Assembly (NCBI GenBank): GCA_964057225.1
Contig: OZ059900.1
Span: 13,330,001 to 13,394,000 of the forward strand
Length of the DNA stretch: 64,000 nucleotides
Source: Auanema rhodensis
Taxonomy: Eukaryota; Animalia; Nematoda
Reading direction: 5' to 3'
Shown in pieces: positions 28,643 to 44,200 of this stretch. The translations under genes and the position numbers were made by a program. Under the pieces are notes generated by a model that was not told the origin of the DNA, ran no database searches, and saw only the letters and a list, made by a program, of their open reading frames with translations. Every line of letters begins with the position of its first letter. Positions within the stretch are counted from its first letter, which is position 1.

Positions 28643-31600
28643 GATAGATTTGGTTTAATTACCCAAGTTAGAGGTAGTATCTCAATCTAACCAGAGAACT
28701 TCTGAGTTGGAAATACATTTTGGAAAGCACACCACGAGTGTGCAATATTGAAAACTGTCTGTCTTAGTATGATTATATGACACTATAGATGCCAAAGCAA
28801 AACAAATTTGAATATGAACATGACGCGTCTTTTACATTATAGTTTGACCGGATAAAGCTTTGTATAGCTTTGTATAGCTTTGTACACTGATCACATATAC
28901 GGCGATAGGCTAGAACAGTTCATAAGTTTCCTGGATAGATTTGGTTTAATTACCCAAGTTAGAGGTAGTATCTCAATCTAACCAGAGAACTTCTGAGTTG
29001 GAAATACATTTTGGAAAGCACACCATGAGTGTGCAATATTGAAAACTGTCTGTCTTAGTATGATTATATGACACTATAGATGCCAAAGCAAAACAAATTT
29101 GAATATGAACATGACGCGTCTTTTACATTGTAGTTTGACCGGATAAAGCTTTGTATAGCTTTGTACACTGATCACATATACGGCGATAGGCTAGAACAGT
29201 TCATAAGTTTCCTGGATAGATTTGGTTTAATTACCCAAGTTAGAGGTAGTATCTCAATCTAACCAGAGAACTTCTGAGTTGGAAATACATTTTGGAAAGC
29301 ACACCATGAGTGTGCAATATTGAAAACTGTCTGTCTTAGTATGATTATATGACACTATAAATGCCAAAGCAAAACAAATTTGAATATGAACATGACGCGT
29401 CTTTTACATTATAGTTTGACCGGATAAAGCTTTGTATAGCTTTGTACACTGATCACATATACGGCGATAGGCTAGAACAGTTCATAAGTTTCCTGGATAG
29501 ATTTGGTTTAATTACCCAAGTTAGAGGTAGTATCTCAATCTAACCAGAGAACTTCTGAGTTGGAAATACATTTTGGAAAGCACACCATGAGTGTGCAATA
29601 TTGAAAACTGTCTGTCTTAGTATGATTATATGACACTAAAGATGCCAAAGCAATATAAATTTGAATATGAACATGACGCGTCTTTTACATTATAGTTTGA
29701 CCGGATAAAGCTTTGTATAGCTTTGTATAGCTTTGTACACTGATCACATATACGGCGATAGGCTAGAACAGTTTATAAGTTTCCTGAATAAATTTGGTTT
29801 AATTACCCAAGTTAGAGGTAGTATCTCAATCTAACCAGAGAACTTCTGAGTTGGAAATACATTTTGGAAAGCACACCATGAGTGTGCAATATTAAAAACT
29901 GTCTGTCTTAGTATGATTATATGACAGTATAGATGCCAAAGCAAAACAAATTTGAATATGAACATGACGCGTCTTTTACATTATAGTTTGACCTGATAAA
30001 GCTTTGGATAGCTTTGTACACTGATCACATATACGGCGAGAGGCTAGAACAGTTCATAAGTTTCCTGGATAGATTTGGTTTAATTACCCAAGTTAGAGGT
30101 AGTATCTCAATCTAACCAGAGAACTTCTGAGTTGGAAATACATTTTGGAAAGCACACCATGAGTGTGCAATATTGAAAACTGTCTGTCTTAGTATGATTA
30201 TATGACACTATAGATGCCAAAGCAAAACAAATTTGAATATGAACATGACGCGTCTTTTACATTATAGTTTGACCGGATAAAGCTTTGTATAGCTTTGTAT
30301 AGCTTTGTATAGCTTTGTACATTGATCACATATACGGCGATAGGCTAGAACAGTTCATAAGTTTCCTGGATAGATTTGGTTTAATTACCCAAGTTAGAGG
30401 TAGTATCTCAATCTAACCAGAGAACTTCTGAGTTGGAAATACATTTTGGAAAGCACACCATGAGTGTGCAATATTGAAAACTGTCTGTCTTAGTATGATT
30501 ATATGACACTATAAATGCCAAAGCAAAACAAATTTGAATATGAACATGACGCGTCTTTTACATTATAGTTTGACCGGATAAAGCTTTGTATAGCTTTGTA
30601 TAGCTTTGTACACTGATCACATATACGGCGATAGGCTAGAACAGTTCATAAGTTTCCTGGATAGATTTGGTTTAATTACCCAAGTTAGAGGTAGTATCTC
30701 AATCTAACCTGAGAACTTCTGAGTTGGAAATACATTTTGGAAAGCACACCATGAGTGTGCAATATTGAAAACTGTCTGTCTTAGTATGATTATATGACAC
30801 TATAAATGCCAAAGCAAAACAAATTTGAATATGAACATGACGCGTCTTTTACATTATAGTTTGACCGGATAAAGCTTTGTATAGCTTTGTATAGCTTTGT
30901 ACACTGATCACATATACGGCGATAGGCTAGAACAGTTCATAAGTTTCCTGGATAGATTTGGTTTAATTACCCAAGTTAGAGGTAGTATCTCAATCTAACC
31001 AGAGAACTTCTGAGTTGGAAATACATTTTGGAAAGCACACCATGAGTGTGCAATATTGAAAACTGTCTGTCTTAGTATGATTATATGACACTATAGATGC
31101 CAAAGCAAAACAAATTTGAATATGAACATGACGCGTCTTTTACATTATAGTTTGACCGGATAAAGCTTTGTATAGCTTTGTATAGCTTTGTACACTGATC
31201 ACATATACGGCGATAGGCTAGAACAGTTCATAAGTTTCCTGGATAGATTTGGTTTAATTACCCAAGTTAGAGGTAGTATCTCAATCTAACCAGAGAACTT
31301 CTGAGTTGGAAATACATTTTGGAAAGCACACCATGAGTGTGCAATATTGAAAACTGTCTGTCTTAGTATGATTATATGACACTATAAATGCCAAAGCAAA
31401 ACAAATTTGAATATGAACATGACGCGTCTTTTACATTATAGTTTGACCGGATAAAGCTTTGTATAGCTTTGTATAGCTTTGTACACTGATCACATATACG
31501 GCGATAGGCTAGAACAGTTCATAAGTTTCCTGGATAGATTTGGTTTAATTACCCAAGTTAGAGGTAGTATCTCAATCTAACCAGAGAACTTCTGAGTTGG

Positions 31601-32230
31601 AAATACATTTTGGAAAGCACACCATGAGTGTGCAATATTGAAAACTGTCTGTCTTAGTATGATTATATGACACTATAGATGCCAAAGCAATATAAATTTG
31701 AATATGAACATGACGCGTCTTTTACATTATAGTTTGACCGGATAAAGCTTTGTATAGCTTTGTATAGCTTTGTACACTGATCACATATACGGCGATAGGC
31801 TAGAACAGTTTATAAGTTTCCTGAATAGATTTGGTTTAATTACCCAAGTTAGAGGTAGTATCTCAATCTAACCAGAGAACTTCTGAGTTGGAAATACATT
31901 TTGGAAAGCACACCATGAGTGTGCAATATTAAAAACTGTCTGTCTTAGTATGATTATATGACAGTATAGATGCCAAAGCAAAACAAATTTGAATATGAAC
32001 ATGACGCGTCTTTTACATTATAGTTTGACCTGATAAAGCTTTGGATAGCTTTGTACACTGATCACATATACGGCGAGAGGCTAGAACAGTTCATAAGTTT
32101 CCTGGATAGATTTGGTTTAATTACCCAAGTTAGAGGTAGTATCTCAATCTAACCAGAGAACTTCTGAGTTGGAAATACATTTTGGAAAGCACACCATGAG
32201 TGTGCAATATTGAAAACTGTCTGTCTTAGT

Positions 32231-35200
32231 ATGATTATATGACACTATAGATGCCAAAGCAAAACAAATTTGAATATGAACATGACGCGTCTTTTACATT
32301 ATAGTTTGACCGGATAAAGCTTTGTATAGCTTTGTATAGCTTTGTACACTGATCACATATACGGCCAGAGGCTAGAACAGTTTATAAGTTTCCTGAATAG
32401 ATTTGGTTTAATTACCCAAGTTAGAGGTAGTATCTCAATCTAACCAGAGAACTTCTGAGTTGGAAATACATTTTGGAAAGCACACCATGAGTGTGCAATA
32501 TTGAAAACTGTCTGTCTTAGTATGATTATATGACACTATAGATGCCAAAGCAAAACAAATTTGAATATGAACATGACCCGTCTTTTACATTATAGTTTGA
32601 CCGGATAAAGCTTTGTATAGCTTTGTATAGCTTTGTACACTGATCACATATACGGCGAGAGGCTAGAACAGTTTATAAGTTTCCTGAATAGATTTGGTTT
32701 AATTACCCAAGTTAGAGGTAGTATCTCAATCTAACCAGAGAACTTCTGAGTTGGAAATACATTTTGGAAAGCACACCATGAGTGTGCAATATTAAAAACT
32801 GTCTGTCTTAGTATGATTATATGACACTATAGATGCCAAAGCAAAACAAATTTGAATATGAACATGACGCGTCTTTTACATCATACTTTGACCGGATAAA
32901 GCTTTGGATAGCTTTGTACACTGATCACATATACGGCGATAGGCTAGAACAGTTTATAAGTTTCCTGAATAGATTTGGTTTAATTACCCAAGTTAGAGGT
33001 AGTATCTCAATCTAACCAGAGAACTTCTGAGTTGGAAATTCATTTTGGAAAGCACACCATGAGTGTGCAATATTGAAAACTGTCTGTCTTAGTATGATTA
33101 TATGACACTATAGATGCCAAAGCAAAACAAATTTGAATATGAACATGACGCGTCTTTAACATTATAGTTTGACCGGATAAAGCTTTGTATAGCTTTGTAT
33201 AGCTTTGTACACTGATCACATATACGGCGATAGGCTAGAACAGTTCATAAGTTTCCTGAATAGATTTGGTTTAATTACCCAAGTTAGAGGTAGTATCTCA
33301 ATCTAACCAGAGAACTTCTGAGTTGGAAATTCATTTTGGAAAGCACACCATGAGTGTGCAATATTGAAAACTGTCTGTCTTAGTATGATTATATGACACT
33401 ATAGATGCCAAAGCAAAACAAATTTGAATATGAACATGACGCGTCTTTAACATTATAGTTTGACCGGATAAAGCTTTGTATAGCTTTGTATAGCTTTGTA
33501 CACTGATCACATATACGGCGATAGGCTAGAACAGTTCATAAGTTTCCTGAATAGATTTGGTTTAATTACCCAAGTTAGAGGTAGTATCTCAATCTAACCA
33601 GAGAACTTCGGAGTTGGAAATACATTTTGGAAAGCACACCACGAGTGTGCAATATTGAAAACTGTCTGTCTTAGTATGATTATATGACACTATAGATGCC
33701 AAAGCAAAACAAATTTGAATATGAACATGACGCGTCTTTAACATTATAGTTTGACCGGATAAAGCTTTGTATAGCTTTGTATAGCTTTGTACACTGATCA
33801 CATATACGGCGATAGGCTAGAACAGTTTATAAGTTTCCTGAATAGATTTGGTTTAATTACCCAAGTTAGAGGTAGTATCTTAATCTAACCAGAGAACTTC
33901 TGAGTTGGAAATACATTTTGGAAAGCACACCATGAGTGTGCAATATTGAAAACTGTCTGTCTTAGTATGATTATATGACACTATAGATGCCAAAGCAAAA
34001 CAAATTTGAATATGAACATGACGCGTCTTTAACATTATAGTTTGACCGGATAAAGCTTTGTATAGCTTTGTATAGCTTTGTACACTGATCACATATACGG
34101 CGATAGGCTAGAACAGTTCATAAGTTTCCTGAATAGATTTGGTTTAATTACCCAAGTTAGAGGTAGTATCTCAATCTAACCAGAGAACTTCTGAGTTGGA
34201 AATTCATTTTGGAAAGCACACCATGAGTGTGCAATATTGAAAACTGTCTGTCTTAGTATGATTATATGACACTATAGATGCCAAAGCAAAACAAATTTGA
34301 ATATGAACATGACGCGTCTTTAACATTATAGTTTGACCGGATAAAGCTTTGTATAGCTTTGTATAGCTTTGTACACTGATCACATATACGGCGATAGGCT
34401 AGAACAGTTCATAAGTTTCCTGAATAGATTTGGTTTAATTACCCAAGTTAGAGGTAGTATCTCAATCTAACCAGAGAACTTCGGAGTTGGAAATACATTT
34501 TGGAAAGCACACCATGAGTGTGCAATATTGAAAACTGTCTGTCTTAGTATGATTATATGACACTATAGATGCCAAAGCAATATAAATTTGAATATGAACA
34601 TGACGCGTCTTTTGCATTATAGTTTGACCGGATAAAGCTTTGTATAGCTTTGTATAGCTTTGTACACTGATCACATATACGGCGAGAGGCTAGAACAGTT
34701 TATAAGTTTCCTGAATAGATTTGGTTTAATTACCCAAGTTAGAGGTAGTATCTCAATCTAACCAGAGAACTTCTGAGTTGGAAATACATTTTGGAAAGCA
34801 CACCATGAGTGTGCAATATTAAAAACTGTCTGTCTTAGTATGATTATATGACACTATAGATGCCAAAGCAAAACAAATTTGAATATGAACATGACGCGTC
34901 TTTTACATTATAGTTTGACCGGATAAAGCTTTGTATAGCTTTGTATAGCTTTGTACACTGATCACATATACGGCGAGAGGCTAGAACAGTTTATAAGTTT
35001 CCTGAATAGATTTGGTTTAATTACCCAAGTTAGAGGTAGTATCTCAATCTAACCAGAGAACTTCTGAGTTGGAAATACATTTTGGAAAGCACACCATGAG
35101 TGTGCAATATTAAAAACTGTCTGTCTTAGTATGATTATATGACACTATAGATGCCAAAGCAAAACAAATTTGAATATGAACATGACGCGTCTTTTACATT

Positions 35201-38200
35201 ATAGTTTGACCGGATAAAGCTTTGTATAGCTTTGTATAGCTTTGTACACTGATCACATATACGGCGATAGGCTAGAACAGTTCATAAGTTTCCTGAATAG
35301 ATTTGGTTTAATTACCCAAGTTATAGGTAGTATCTCAATCTAACCAGAGAACTTCTGAGTTGGAAATACATTTTGGAAAGCACACCATGAGTGTGCAATA
35401 TTAAAAACTGTCTGTCTTAGTATGATTATATGACACTATAGATGCCAAAGCAATATAAATTTGAATATGAACATGACGCGTCTTTTACATTATAGTTTGA
35501 CCGGATAAAGCTTTGTATAGCTTTGTATAGCTTTGTACACTGATCACATATACGGCCAGAGGCTAGAACAGTTTATAAGTTTCCTGAATAGATTTGGTTT
35601 AATTACCCAAGTTAGAGGTAGTATCTCAATCTAACCAGAGAACTTCTGAGTTGGAAATACATTTTGGAAAGCACACCATGAGTGTGCAATATTAAAAACT
35701 GTCTGTCTTAGTATGATTATATGACACTATAGATGCCAAAGCAAAACAAATTTGAATATGAACATGACGCGTCTTTTACATTATAGTTTGACCGGATAAA
35801 GCTTTGTATAGCTTTGTACACTGATCACATATACGGCGATAGGCTAGAACAGTTCATAAGTTTCCTGGATAGATTTGGTTTAATTACCCAAGTTAGAGGT
35901 AGTATCTCAATCTAACCAGAGAACTTCTGAGTTGGAAATACATTTTGGAAAGCACACCATGAGTGTGCAATATTGAAAACTGTCTGTCTTAGTATGATTA
36001 TATGACACTATAGATGCCAAAGCAAAACAAATTTGAATATGAACATGACCCGTCTTTTACATTATAGTTTGACCGGATAAAGCTTTGTATAGCTTTGTAT
36101 AGCTTTGTACACTGATCACATATACGGCGAGAGGCTAGAACAGTTTATAAGTTTCCTGAATAGATTTGGTTTAATTACCCAAGTTAGAGGTAGTATCTCA
36201 ATCTAACCAGAGAACTTCTGAGTTGGAAATACATTTTGGAAAGCACACCATGAGTGTGCAATATTAAAAACTGTCTGTCTTAGTATGATTATATGACACT
36301 ATAGATGCCAAAGCAAAACAAATTTGAATATGAACATGACGCGTCTTTTACATCATACTTTGACCGGATAAAGCTTTGGATAGCTTTGTACACTGATCAC
36401 ATATACGGCGATAGGCTAGAACAGTTTATAAGTTTCCTGAATAGATTTGGTTTAATTACCCAAGTTAGAGGTAGTATCTCAATCTAACCAGAGAACTTCT
36501 GAGTTGGAAATTCATTTTGGAAAGCACACCATGAGTGTGCAATATTGAAAACTGTCTGTCTTAGTATGATTATATGACACTATAGATGCCAAAGCAAAAC
36601 AAATTTGAATATGAACATGACGCGTCTTTAACATTATAGTTTGACCGGATAAAGCTTTGTATAGCTTTGTATAGCTTTGTACACTGATCACATATACGGC
36701 GATAGGCTAGAACAGTTCATAAGTTTCCTGAATAGATTTGGTTTAATTACCCAAGTTAGAGGTAGTATCTCAATCTAACCAGAGAACTTCTGAGTTGGAA
36801 ATTCATTTTGGAAAGCACACTATGAGTGTGCAATATTGAAAACTGTCTGTCTTAGTATGATTATATGACACTATAGATGCCAAAGCAAAACAAATTTGAA
36901 TATGAACATGACGCGTCTTTAACATTATAGTTTGACCGGATAAAGCTTTGTATAGCTTTGTATAGCTTTGTACACTGATCACATATACGGCGATAGGCTA
37001 GAACAGTTCATAAGTTTCCTGAATAGATTTGGTTTAATTACCCAAGTTAGAGGTAGTATCTCAATCTAACCAGAGAACTTCGGAGTTGGAAATACATTTT
37101 GGAAAGCACACCACGAGTGTGCAATATTGAAAACTGTCTGTCTTAGTATGATTATATGACACTATAGATGCCAAAGCAAAACAAATTTGAATATGAACAT
37201 GACGCGTCTTTAACATTATAGTTTGACCGGATAAAGCTTTGTATAGCTTTGTATAGCTTTGTACACTGATCACATATACGGCGATAGGCTAGAACAGTTT
37301 ATAAGTTTCCTGAATAGATTTGGTTTAATTACCCAAGTTAGAGGTAGTATCTTAATCTAACCAGAGAACTTCTGAGTTGGAAATACATTTTGGAAAGCAC
37401 ACCATGAGTGTGCAATATTGAAAACTGTCTGTCTTAGTATGATTATATGACACTATAGATGCCAAAGCAAAACAAATTTGAATATGAACATGACGCGTCT
37501 TTAACATTATAGTTTGACCGGATAAAGCTTTGTATAGCTTTGTATAGCTTTGTACACTGATCACATATACGGCGATAGGCTAGAACAGTTCATAAGTTTC
37601 CTGAATAGATTTGGTTTAATTACCCAAGTTAGAGGTAGTATCTCAATCTAACCAGAGAACTTCTGAGTTGGAAATTCATTTTGGAAAGCACACCATGAGT
37701 GTGCAATATTGAAAACTGTCTGTCTTAGTATGATTATATGACACTATAGATTCCAAAGCAAAACAAATTTGAATATGAACATGACGCGTCTTTAACATTA
37801 TAGTTTGACCGGATAAAGCTTTGTATAGCTTTGTATAGCTTTGTACACTGATCACATATACGGCGATAGGCTAGAACAGTTCATAAGTTTCCTGAATAGA
37901 TTTGGTTTAATTACCCAAGTTAGAGGTAGTATCTCAATCTAACCAGAGAACTTCGGAGTTGGAAATACATTTTGGAAAGCACACCATGAGTGTGCAATAT
38001 TGAAAACTGTCTGTCTTAGTATGATTATATGACACTATAGATGCCAAAGCAATATAAATTTGAATATGAACATGACGCGTCTTTTACATTATAGTTTGAC
38101 CGGATAAAGCTTTGTATAGCTTTGTATAGCTTTGTACACTGATCACATATACGGCGAGAGGCTAGAACAGTTTATAAGTTTCCTGAATAGATTTGGTTTA

Positions 38201-41200
38201 ATTACCCAAGTTAGAGGTAGTATCTCAATCTAACCAGAGAACTTCTGAGTTGGAAATACATTTTGGAAAGCACACCATGAGTGTGCAATATTAAAAACTG
38301 TCTGTCTTAGTATGATTATATGACACTATAGATGCCAAAGCAAAACAAATTTGAATATGAACATGACGCGTCTTTTACATTATAGTTTGACCGGATAAAG
38401 CTTTGTATAGCTTTGTATAGCTTTGTACACTGATCACATATACGGCGAGAGGCTAGAACAGTTTATAAGTTTCCTGAATAGATTTGGTTTAATTACCCAA
38501 GTTAGAGGTAGTATCTCAATCTAACCAGAGAACTTCTGAGTTGGAAATTCATTTTGGAAAGCACACCATGAGTGTGCAATATTGAAAACTGTCTGTCTTA
38601 GTATGATTATATGACACTATAGATGCCAAAGCAAAACAAATTTGAATATGAACATGACGCGTCTTTTACATTATAGTTTGACCGGATAAAGCTTTGTATA
38701 GCTTTGTATAGCTTTGTACACTGATCACATATACGGCGAGAGGCTAGAACAGTTTATAAGTTTCCTGAATAGATTTGGTTTAATTACCCAAGTTAGAGGT
38801 AGTATCTCAATCTAACCAGAGAACTTCTGAGTTGGAAATACATTTTGGAAAGCACACCATGAGTGTGCAATATTAAAAACTGTCTGTCTTAGTATGATTA
38901 TATGACACTATAGATGCCAAAGCAATATAAATTTGAATATGAACATGACGCGTCTTTTACATTATAGTTTGACCGGATAAAGCTTTGTATAGCTTTGTAT
39001 AGCTTTGTACACTGATCACATATACGGCCAGAGGCTAGAACAGTTTATAAGTTTCCTGAATAGATTTGGTTTAATTACCCAAGTTAGAGGTAGTATCTCA
39101 ATCTAACCAGAGAACTTCTGAGTTGGAAATACATTTTGGAAAGCACACCATGAGTGTGCAATATTGAAAACTGTCTGTCTTAGTATGATTATATGACACT
39201 ATAGATGCCAAAGCAAAACAAATTTGAATATGAACATGACCCGTCTTTTACATTATAGTTTGACCGGATAAAGCTTTGTATAGCTTTGTATAGCTTTGTA
39301 CACTGATCACATATACGGCGAGAGGCTAGAACAGTTTATAAGTTTCCTGAATAGATTTGGTTTAATTACCCAAGTTAGAGGTAGTATCTCAATCTAACCA
39401 GAGAACTTCTGAGTTGGAAATACATTTTGGAAAGCACACCATGAGTGTGCAATATTAAAAACTGTCTGTCTTAGTATGATTATATGACACTATAGATGCC
39501 AAAGCAAAACAAATTTGAATATGAACATGACGCGTCTTTTACATCATACTTTGACCGGATAAAGCTTTGGATAGCTTTGTACACTGATCACATATACGGC
39601 GATAGGCTAGAACAGTTTATAAGTTTCCTGAATAGATTTGGTTTAATTACCCAAGTTAGAGGTAGTATCTCAATCTAACCAGAGAACTTCTGAGTTGGAA
39701 ATTCATTTTGGAAAGCACACCATGAGTGTGCAATATTGAAAACTGTCTGTCTTAGTATGATTATATGACACTATAGATGCCAAAGCAAAACAAATTTGAA
39801 TATGAACATGACGCGTCTTTAACATTATAGTTTGACCGGATAAAGCTTTGTATAGCTTTGTATAGCTTTGTACACTGATCACATATACGGCGATAGGCTA
39901 GAACAGTTCATAAGTTTCCTGAATAGATTTGGTTTAATTACCCAAGTTAGAGGTAGTATCTCAATCTAACCAGAGAACTTCTGAGTTGGAAATTCATTTT
40001 GGAAAGCACACCATGAGTGTGCAATATTGAAAACTGTCTGTCTTAGTATGATTATATGACACTATAGATGCCAAAGCAAAACAAATTTGAATATGAACAT
40101 GACGCGTCTTTAACATTATAGTTTGACCGGATAAAGCTTTGTATAGCTTTGTATAGCTTTGTACACTGATCACATATACGGCGATAGGCTAGAACAGTTC
40201 ATAAGTTTCCTGAATAGATTTGGTTTAATTACCCAAGTTAGAGGTAGTATCTCAATCTAACCAGAGAACTTCGGAGTTGGAAATACATTTTGGAAAGCAC
40301 ACCACGAGTGTGCAATATTGAAAACTGTCTGTCTTAGTATGATTATATGACACTATAGATGCCAAAGCAAAACAAATTTGAATATGAACATGACGCGTCT
40401 TTAACATTATAGTTTGACCGGATAAAGCTTTGTATAGCTTTGTATAGCTTTGTACACTGATCACATATACGGCGATAGGCTAGAACAGTTTATAAGTTTC
40501 CTGAATAGATTTGGTTTAATTACCCAAGTTAGAGGTAGTATCTTAATCTAACCAGAGAACTTCTGAGTTGGAAATACATTTTGGAAAGCACACCATGAGT
40601 GTGCAATATTGAAAACTGTCTGTCTTAGTATGATTATATGACACTATAGATGCCAAAGCAAAACAAATTTGAATATGAACATGACGCGTCTTTAACATTA
40701 TAGTTTGACCGGATAAAGCTTTGTATAGCTTTGTATAGCTTTGTACACTGATCACATATACGGCGATAGGCTAGAACAGTTCATAAGTTTCCTGAATAGA
40801 TTTGGTTTAATTACCCAAGTTAGAGGTAGTATCTCAATCTAACCAGAGAACTTCGGAGTTGGAAATACATTTTGGAAAGCACACCATGAGTGTGCAATAT
40901 TGAAAACTGTCTGTCTTAGTATGATTATATGACACTATAGATGCCAAAGCAATATAAATTTGAATATGAACATGACGCGTCTTTTGCATTATAGTTTGAC
41001 CGGATAAAGCTTTGTATAGCTTTGTATAGCTTTGTACACTGATCACATATACGGCGATAGGCTAGAACAGTTCATAAGTTTCCTGAATAGATTTGGTTTA
41101 ATTACCCAAGTTAGAGGTAGTATCTCAATCTAACCAGAGAACTTCTGAGTTGGAAATTCATTTTGGAAAGCACACCATGAGTGTGCAATATTGAAAACTG

Positions 41201-44200
41201 TCTGTCTTAGTATGATTATATGACACTATAGATGCCAAAGCAAAACAAATTTGAATATGAACATGACGCGTCTTTAACATTATAGTTTGACCGGATAAAG
41301 CTTTGTATAGCTTTGTATAGCTTTGTACACTGATCACATATACGGCGATAGGCTAGAACAGTTCATAAGTTTCCTGAATAGATTTGGTTTAATTACCCAA
41401 GTTAGAGGTAGTATCTCAATCTAACCAGAGAACTTCGGAGTTGGAAATACATTTTGGAAAGCACACCACGAGTGTGCAATATTGAAAACTGTCTGTCTTA
41501 GTATGATTATATGACACTATAGATGCCAAAGCAAAACAAATTTGAATATGAACATGACGCGTCTTTAACATTATAGTTTGACCGGATAAAGCTTTGTATA
41601 GCTTTGTATAGCTTTGTACACTGATCACATATACGGCGATAGGCTAGAACAGTTTATAAGTTTCCTGAATAGATTTGGTTTAATTACCCAAGTTAGAGGT
41701 AGTATCTTAATCTAACCAGAGAACTTCTGAGTTGGAAATACATTTTGGAAAGCACACCATGAGTGTGCAATATTGAAAACTGTCTGTCTTAGTATGATTA
41801 TATGACACTATAGATGCCAAAGCAAAACAAATTTGAATATGAACATGACGCGTCTTTAACATTATAGTTTGACCGGATAAAGCTTTGTATAGCTTTGTAT
41901 AGCTTTGTACACTGATCACATATACGGCGATAGGCTAGAACAGTTCATAAGTTTCCTGAATAGATTTGGTTTAATTACCCAAGTTAGAGGTAGTATCTCA
42001 ATCTAACCAGAGAACTTCTGAGTTGGAAATTCATTTTGGAAAGCACACCATGAGTGTGCAATATTGAAAACTGTCTGTCTTAGTATGATTATATGACACT
42101 ATAGATGCCAAAGCAAAACAAATTTGAATATGAACATGACGCGTCTTTAACATTATAGTTTGACCGGATAAAGCTTTGTATAGCTTTGTATAGCTTTGTA
42201 CACTGATCACATATACGGCGATAGGCTAGAACAGTTCATAAGTTTCCTGAATAGATTTGGTTTAATTACCCAAGTTAGAGGTAGTATCTCAATCTAACCA
42301 GAGAACTTCGGAGTTGGAAATACATTTTGGAAAGCACACCACGAGTGTGCAATATTGAAAACTGTCTGTCTTAGTATGATTATATGACACTATAGATGCC
42401 AAAGCAAAACAAATTTGAATATGAACATGACGCGTCTTTAACATTATAGTTTGACCGGATAAAGCTTTGTATAGCTTTGTATAGCTTTGTACACTGATCA
42501 CATATACGGCGATAGGCTAGAACAGTTTATAAGTTTCCTGAATAGATTTGGTTTAATTACCCAAGTTAGAGGTAGTATCTTAATCTAACCAGAGAACTTC
42601 TGAGTTGGAAATACATTTTGGAAAGCACACCATGAGTGTGCAATATTGAAAACTGTCTGTCTTAGTATGATTATATGACACTATAGATGCCAAAGCAAAA
42701 CAAATTTGAATATGAACATGACGCGTCTTTAACATTATAGTTTGACCGGATAAAGCTTTGTATAGCTTTGTATAGCTTTGTACACTGATCACATATACGG
42801 CGATAGGCTAGAACAGTTCATAAGTTTCCTGAATAGATTTGGTTTAATTACCCAAGTTAGAGGTAGTATCTCAATCTAACCAGAGAACTTCTGAGTTGGA
42901 AATTCATTTTGGAAAGCACACCATGAGTGTGCAATATTGAAAACTGTCTGTCTTAGTATGATTATATGACACTATAGATGCCAAAGCAAAACAAATTTGA
43001 ATATGAACATGACGCGTCTTTAACATTATAGTTTGACCGGATAAAGCTTTGTATAGCTTTGTATAGCTTTGTACACTGATCACATATACGGCGATAGGCT
43101 AGAACAGTTCATAAGTTTCCTGAATAGATTTGGTTTAATTACCCAAGTTAGAGGTAGTATCTCAATCTAACCAGAGAACTTCTGAGTTGGAAATACATTT
43201 TGGAAAGCACACCATGAGTGTGCAATATTAAAAACTGTCTGTCTTAGTATGATTATATGACACTATAGATGCCAAAGCAATATAAATTTGAATATGAACA
43301 TGACGCGTCTTTTACATTATAGTTTGACCGGATAAAGCTTTGTATAGCTTTGTATAGCTTTGTACACTGATCACATATACGGCGAGAGGCTAGAACAGTT
43401 TATAAGTTTCCTGAATAGATTTGGTTTAATTACCCAAGTTAGAGGTAGTATCTCAATCTAACCAGAGAACTTCTGAGTTGGAAATACATTTTGGAAAGCA
43501 CACCATGAGTGTGCAATATTGAAAACTGTCTGTCTTAGTATGATTATATGACACTATAGATGCCAAAGCAATATAAATTTGAATATGAACATGACGCGTC
43601 TTTTACATTATAGTTTGACCGGATAAAGCTTTGTATAGCTTTGTATAGCTTTGTACACTGATCACATATACGGCGATAGGCTAGAACAGTTCATAAGTTT
43701 CCTGAATAGATTTGGTTTAATTACCCAAGTTAGAGGTAGTATCTCAATCTAACCAGAGAACTTCTGAGTTGGAAATACATTTTGGAAAGCACACCATGAG
43801 TGTGCAATATTAAAAACTGTCTGTCTTAGTATGATTATATGACACTATAGATGCCAAAGCAAAACAAATTTGAATATGAACATGACGCGTCTTTTACATT
43901 ATAGTTTGACCGGATAAAGCTTTGTATAGCTTTGTACACTGATCACATATACGGCGATAGGCTAGAACAGTTCATAAGTTTCCTGGATAGATTTGGTTTA
44001 ATTACCCAAGTTAGAGGTAGTATCTCAATCTAACCAGAGAACTTCTGAGTTGGAAATACATTTTGGAAAGCACACCATGAGTGTGCAATATTGAAAACTG
44101 TCTGTCTTAGTATGATTATATGACACTATAGATGCCAAAGCAAAACAAATTTGAATATGAACATGACCCGTCTTTTACATTATAGTTTGACCGGATAAAG

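Larger units (their letters stand above)
1..32230. repeat. Haplotype domain A of the array
   Basis: The private variants ACATTGTAG (last seen ~29130) and GACCTGATA (last seen ~32031) occur only here. The TTTAACATT variant was not seen. The boundary is approximate. Confidence 0.75.

Noticed and set aside
33600-33625. CENP-B box near the TTCGGAG variant
   Set aside because: It matches only TTCG; the remaining A..CGGG of the NTTCGNNNNANNCGGGN motif is missing.
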